NCBI GenBank assembly: GCA_964036045.1
Contig: OZ038378.1
Span: 16,244,001 to 16,308,000 of the forward strand
DNA from: Eutreptiella sp. 'Long Island Sound 2002'
Taxonomy: Eukaryota; Protista; Euglenida
Length of the DNA: 64,000 nucleotides
Direction of reading: 5' to 3'
Shown: piece after piece, positions 58,957 to 64,000 of the stretch
Numbering within the stretch: the first letter of the stretch is position 1
Layout of the letters: the number at the start of each line of letters is the position of its first letter
The notes under the pieces: model-generated
What the model saw: the letters and a program-made list of their open reading frames with translations, nothing else
Databases searched by the model: none
What the model was told of the DNA's origin: nothing
Translations under genes and position numbers: made by a program

Positions 58957-61719
58957 TCACGCCATGTTTTCTGGTTCCATGGTAGTGGAGCTTCGTTCTT
59001 CCACTCCGACTGTCTCCTCAAACTTCTTGTACTCTGCCCTCAACTGACTGACCATCTCGCGGAGCCACACCTCCTTCCCGACGTGCCAGTGCGCACCGCT
59101 GTTCAGGGACCGCTCTACGTCAGCGTCCGCAGAGTCGCCTGAGCGGATGCAGGCGAACCCTTTGTATCCAGCAGCGACCAGCTTGCTCACAATGATGCTG
59201 CCCCGGAGATCCTCGCCACCCAAATACAGATGCTCGTCCAGGATCAAGATATCCGCTGTCTCTAGAGCGGCGCGCTCAAACTCCTTGACATCGGCAATGC
59301 TCTTCCCGGACACGCAGATCTCGGCATTGGGAATTTCCTGCCTCAGCGTCGCTTGCAGATTTACCCGGGCGACGGCACTGTCGTCGAGGGCGAGGATGGT
59401 CAACCCGTCAGGGAAAGGGCAGGTCACGTGGAGCGGCTCTAAGACTGGCACTACACACGGTGGCTCAGCCGACGAGGCGGCGGCCATCGTATGAAAGCGA
59501 AGCTCCAAGAACACCTCCGCCTGCTGCTGCCATAGCTTCACCCTCATGCCGCACGCGTTTGCGACAGTACTGATGTGTTGAAGGCCGAGTCCGTCCGATA
59601 AAGCGGGCCTCCCCGGGTCGTTTGGCAAAGCGTTGCTGGGCACCTGCGACGACCAGCAGGCCCGGAGTGGACGGTCGGGATGCGCGCGGTTCGTCATGAC
59701 GAACCGCACTTCGACCGGGGTGTCGCACGGCGCGCCGCCGCAGGGCACCGGCTGCATCATCGCGTCGTGCAAAGGCAAAGCGGGGGCGCCCTCACTGATC
59801 TCCATCCGCAGCCGCACCCCCGGATCGGGCTGACGCCCGTGCCGCATGGCGTTCGTGACGGCGTTCTCCAGCACGAGACTGCAGGCGGCGCGGTCGAGCT
59901 GCACCAGTCGGGACGGACAGTCGACCGCCACCTCTCGGCCGATGGTGAAGTCCTGGACGAAGCGCTGGACATCCAGGGCCTCTTGCTTCGTCTCGTAGAG
60001 TCCGGCAACGATCTGCAGCATGGCCACACGCAGCTTGCACCACGACATCCCTCGGAACAGGGTGTTCCACGCCTTGGAAAGGAGCACGTGCTCGGCCTTT
60101 GTCTCAGGGGCGCTTTGTTGCCAAACCAATTCGATGGCCCCCAACGCATCCGCCATCGTATTTTTGAGAATGTGGTTGAGCACGCTATCGGCCTTCTGCC
60201 CATTCCTAAGATCCTGTCGGCTCTGAAGGAGGGTCTGTTGCAGGTCACCCATGTGCCTGGACTGCTGTTTGAACTCGGACTCCCATACGTAGCTGGACCG
60301 GATCAGGTGGGCCGTCCAGAGTCCCATGGCAATGACCCGGCAAAACACCCACGTGCTGTGCGGGTCTGAAAATAGGAACGGCCAGCTCGCAAACACGATC
60401 CACTGGATCACGCCAACGACGACGGCCACCCGCAATCCCAGACGGCACAGGAAGCTGGACTGCAGACAGTTCTGGAACAGCACGACAAAGCACGCGGCGG
60501 CGTCCAAGAAGTCGGGAACAGAGTGGCCGAAGGCGAACCCGTAGGGCGAGTCATACGGCGACGCTCTTGTAGGGGCATGGGCGGAAGTAGTGCCGTTGTG
60601 GATGGTCTGGTCTGGCATGAAAGGCTGCATCAGGGGGAGGCTGTCCTTGAACTGCGCCACGTGGCTGTCCCAGTGCCATGTCAGTAGGCATGTCATCAAC
60701 ACGGAGCCGACCGCCAGCAAATGGGCTGCATAGGGCCTGCTGCCCGCGACCCGCCAGTGGCTAAGGGCCGCGGTCAACGCGTACAAGAGCAGGAGGACGA
60801 CACCCCATTCCGAGGGGTGCGGGACGTATTGGTACCGATGGTGGAATGAGTCCGAAAGGAACTGCAGCGCCAGCAGTACGCCGACCGTCGCGCACCAGTG
60901 GTACAATTCCGTGCTGCAGATCGCTTCAGTGGTCCTCTGGAACGGGCCCTCCTCCTCACAAACCTCCACGTTCTCCTTCCCGTCGATGCCAGGCGCCGCA
61001 CTGCTGCTGGCCCCCGTGAAGTGGTCCGAAGGAGGGGCGTCTGTATGCGTATGCCACGTGGGGGTGGCTATGCAGGACAAGGCACGTGCTCTGTGTTCAG
61101 GTAGTTGAGACGAGCTCCACCTGCGGGAGCTGAAAGGGGTCGGATTGGACTTGCTGGAGCTCAAGGTGTTGCTCGGACCGGACTTGCTGGAGGTACTTAC
61201 TGGAAGTACCGGTGGGTACTCGCTTCTCTGCCCAATGGGGTCTTGGGCGTTGTAGGCGAAGCACCGATCGCTGCTTGGATGGGATGTGCTGGAGCTTGCA
61301 CACGAACCCTCTTGCGGTGGAAACGCGGGCCGGGTTGGATGGGGGTGGGGTTGTGTCATGTACGGGGGTATGAATGATAATTCGCCGCACATCAGCACGC
61401 TGGTGTCCCCCTTAAGCCAGTCAATGGAGGGACGCTCCACTGGGTTGCTTGAGGTAGTCGCCAAGGCTGAGGAAGTCGCCAGGTGTGAGGAAGTCGCCAG
61501 ATGTGAGGAAGTCGCCAGGTGTGAGGAAGTCGCCAGGTGTGAGGAAGTCGCCAGGTGTGAGGAAGTCGGCAAGTGCATGGTACTGTGCTGATGGGCCGAG
61601 CCTTCATGGAAGACGCCCTGGGAGCTCCTAGACGGCACAAACAAGCCGCTTTGAGAATAGCTCTCATCAAATGCATCCTGTCCTTCAACCGTTGGGCCAG
61701 TGAATATGTCGCTCAGCAT
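58957..61719 (-). CDS. Intronless membrane-bound hybrid sensor histidine kinase (about 6 TM + HisKA-like + HATPase + receiver), 920 aa
   Basis: TM helices in the middle third, H-box ADSVLNHILKNTMADA, N-box LENAVTNAMRHG, G2 SDGLGL. Receiver motifs LALDDS, DILILDEHL, CIRSG and VGKE. An AG acceptor lies 3 nt before the ATG. Confidence 0.9.
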   Translation of the reverse strand: MLSDIFTGPTVEGQDAFDESYSQSGLFVPSRSSQGVFHEGSAHQHSTMHLPTSSHLATSSHLATSSHLATSSHLATSSHLATSSALATTSSNPVERPSIDWLKGDTSVLMCGELSFIPPYMTQPHPHPTRPAFPPQEGSCASSSTSHPSSDRCFAYNAQDPIGQRSEYPPVLPVSTSSKSGPSNTLSSSKSNPTPFSSRRWSSSQLPEHRARALSCIATPTWHTHTDAPPSDHFTGASSSAAPGIDGKENVEVCEEEGPFQRTTEAICSTELYHWCATVGVLLALQFLSDSFHHRYQYVPHPSEWGVVLLLLYALTAALSHWRVAGSRPYAAHLLAVGSVLMTCLLTWHWDSHVAQFKDSLPLMQPFMPDQTIHNGTTSAHAPTRASPYDSPYGFAFGHSVPDFLDAAACFVVLFQNCLQSSFLCRLGLRVAVVVGVIQWIVFASWPFLFSDPHSTWVFCRVIAMGLWTAHLIRSSYVWESEFKQQSRHMGDLQQTLLQSRQDLRNGQKADSVLNHILKNTMADALGAIELVWQQSAPETKAEHVLLSKAWNTLFRGMSWCKLRVAMLQIVAGLYETKQEALDVQRFVQDFTIGREVAVDCPSRLVQLDRAACSLVLENAVTNAMRHGRQPDPGVRLRMEISEGAPALPLHDAMMQPVPCGGAPCDTPVEVRFVMTNRAHPDRPLRACWSSQVPSNALPNDPGRPALSDGLGLQHISTVANACGMRVKLWQQQAEVFLELRFHTMAAASSAEPPCVVPVLEPLHVTCPFPDGLTILALDDSAVARVNLQATLRQEIPNAEICVSGKSIADVKEFERAALETADILILDEHLYLGGEDLRGSIIVSKLVAAGYKGFACIRSGDSADADVERSLNSGAHWHVGKEVWLREMVSQLRAEYKKFEETVGVEERSSTTMEPENMA
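61450..61575 (-). repeat. In-frame 18-bp coding minisatellite (ATSSHL)n
   Basis: Plus-strand unit TGAGGAAGTCGCCAG(G/A)TG at 61468-61558 in steps of 18, with a degenerate unit at 61450. Confidence 0.92.
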
Positions 61720-61999
61720 CGTCTGTAGAAAGTGAGGCTCTGCACAAAGGTCCGTGCATCGCGTAAGTTATGCGGCATTTCCCCTTTCTCCTTTTCCCAA
61801 AAACACACGCGGCCTTGTCACCATTTCTCTGTTGCAAAGCATTCCAGCTGTAGCATCACCGGACGACACTGCTATCTGTCCCGATGTGCACATCGCGCTT
61901 GCATTCATATGTCGCCAATTTAGAGGTGTAGGATATGGCGAAGAGCTCCGCTTGTTAAAGGCTCTTCTTCTGCCAGCGGGGGCATAGGTGGCTTCTATA

Positions 62000-62900
62000 G
62001 AATCCCGTGTCCCCCAGCAGTCCCATCCTGAATCGTGACCCCTCTTCTGCCGCGTCGACGAAAATCTCCCGTGGTTTGTGCCTGCCCCCCCCCCCCCCAA
62101 GTCCCGCTGCAGCACCAGTGAAAAATCCCTTGGGGTTTGGGACCGTGAAAGATGCTAGCCAAGAACATCAGCAGGCTAATGGGGCAGCTGTGCTGGCTGG
62201 GAAGACCAAATATAGGTATTCCTGGGGGGCAGCATAAAAGTGCATGCTGGAGGGCAAGGGGGTTTTCTGCGCAAGGATGGGTATACATTGATGACATACC
62301 GCTGGCAGCGTGACGGTCAAAATTGTGTAACATGGTGCAGCAATGGTGGTGATGGCTGCACAAGGCTAGTTTTGTTGTTGAGGAAAAGAGCCCCCAGAGC
62401 TGACGGAGCAGCTGACGTTCATAGGCAAGGGGCTGGATACAGCCGAGGGAAACTGTGAGCAATGGGGTGGGGGAGCTGGTGGGGGTTTTCAGGGTGTGTA
62501 CCCCTGAGCGCTCCACAATAGCGCTCATGAGGGTTTGGCAAATGGCCGGGCTGAAGGACAACCCAAAGGGCAGCGGCTTGTATCTGTACAGTGTGCCCGA
62601 CATGCCTTGCAACCAGCTCGGTGATCAAGACTTACAACTAGGACCGAGCTGGGGCCTAGGCGTGCTCATTGCAGACAAAATCGCTGTGGAAGAAGAATGG
62701 CCCTCATTGAGATGCCTATATGACACATTCACGTGAACGCTCAGGACAATCATCCTGAAAGACTGGCCGGGAATGGCTCATTTTCACCTCAAAATAGACC
62801 AGGGCAAGGCACCACGGTGTGAGAGATGCCTCATTGAAAACCCCTTCACAATCATTTTGCATTTGCAGCAACTCAAGGTGCAGGACCTGCTAGGAAGGGG
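62000..62900 (-). mobile_element. Decayed DIRS/Ngaro-like reverse transcriptase with an internally inverted segment
   Basis: Minus strand LYRYKPLPFGLSFSPAICQTLMSAIVERSGV. Plus strand (62272-62498) QGWVYIDDIPLAA...ASFVVEEKS / ELTEQLTFIGKGLDT, the DIRS-type motifs 5-7. Confidence 0.75.
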
Positions 62901-63559
62901 TGTGCAAGATGGGGTGACTGAAAGTGATCGCGAGCCACCTTCCGGGACCAAGAGATGCCAGAAGTGGATGGGGTGGCAAAGTTGCAAGGGCTTGAATGGG
63001 AGATCACAAGGCTAAAGGGGAGAAACGCAGGGCGGCGGGGAATGGTAGAAAGCATGCTCATGGGGATGGGGCAGGAGGTCTCAAGCTGGAGGGTGGTAGA
63101 AGCGCACATGAGGCGCTGTCCCCTGTGAGGGCACATGACGGGGGCTACCTTGAAGATGACGAGCATGTTGAGTGTGTCAAGGGCTTGTCTTTGTCATTAG
63201 GGCCTTGCCGGCATGGTGTGTGGGATTAGAGCCACCCTCCCCTGGGTGTACACATTTCGAACTTGTGTCATCCGTCCTCAATGGTGTGGTTCTCTTTGGT
63301 TCAAAGCCATGATTCTATGACTTTCCAAGGGTGATGCATGACACATGATGTTTCCCACACCATTTGTGCCTTGTTGCCGTGCCTAGTGCTTCTTTTTAGT
63401 TTGTTTCTTCCGTACAAATGCTAGGTGGGTCCAAAGGTATCTTCCACTAGGGGTATGCATTTTAAAATTTGGGCATCATCATCCGCGTTCATTTTTGTTA
63501 GACAACTATGTTTGCAAAAAAGACCCAGGTCCAGCAAGTGACCACCCACCTTGTCCATT

Positions 63560-64000
63560 TGGCGGGTGCTCTAGGCCTTCAGGATGGGAATCTCGTTGGG
63601 TAGGTCTTAGCAGAATGGGCTGTCACCTCCCCACACGCTCAGCGCCAATTTGCTGTAGCTGTGCGTTTGGCCCAACCTAGTTGTATTCGGGAGGTACAGC
63701 ACAAGGCAATCACTAGGTACGCCTCCGAGGTGCTCGCCCCGGACGAGTGTTGCGAGCTCATCCTCAACCTACGTGCGCCCCAATCAGCATGGTGTACGCT
63801 CTCCCAGGTGTTCACCCTCCAGGGGTGGAAAGACATCGCGGCTACCGGGTTGCTGTTTGCACTCCCCATTTGCCTAGAGAGGGCCTTCTAGCGGCGCTTG
63901 CAAGAGCTATTGGCCCCGCTCTAGCTTGCCCCTCCGGTGAGCACATCTACCCAAAGGCCATAGGCGTCAGCTGGCCGTGGGCATCGTGGCTTCGGTACAT
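63560..64000 (+). pseudogene. Decayed unidentified ORF (transposase-like), runs off the right edge
   Basis: One frame stays coding-like for about 130 codons with scattered TAG stops: ...REVQHKAITRYASEVLAPDECCELILNLRAPQSAWCTLSQVFTLQGWKDIAATGLLFALPICLERAF*RRLQELLAP. Confidence 0.35.

Noticed and set aside
59147-61688. Overlapping ORFs on the plus strand and in alternative frames of the kinase (likewise within 37000-40300)
   Set aside because: Shadow ORFs typical of GC-rich coding sequence.
1-64000. tRNA, rRNA, snRNA or full SL-RNA genes; non-canonical euglenid introns
   Set aside because: None recognised by eye. All seven modelled introns are GT-AG. A covariance-model search would be needed to exclude small RNAs.

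Overview
Eukaryotic nuclear DNA: large GT-AG introns, dense repeats and intronless genes with an AG just before the ATG. A euglenid origin is inferred from the GH65 trehalose-phosphorylase-type gene and a spliced-leader-like relic; this was not verified by search. Four protein genes are supported. (1) The last four exons of a cytosolic isoleucyl-tRNA synthetase (+, 9840-16465). (2) A five-exon type II membrane GT34-like protein whose DxD motif is degenerate (+, 22691-31885). (3) An intronless fusion of a catalytically degenerate beta-phosphoglucomutase-type HAD domain to an intact GH65 phosphorylase (+, 37084-40356), preceded by a spliced-leader-like relic. (4) An intronless membrane-bound hybrid histidine kinase (-, 58957-61719). 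The rest is repeat-derived. It includes a 99/83-bp satellite with higher-order structure (1-5742), Harbinger, hAT and DIRS-like relics, a hAT-type MITE whose empty site is also in the window, a 594-bp tandem array, a mosaic segmental duplication and two clean micro-inversions. Most ORFs in the supplied track are artefacts of repeats or antisense frames. All family assignments come from motif recognition by eye, not database searches.
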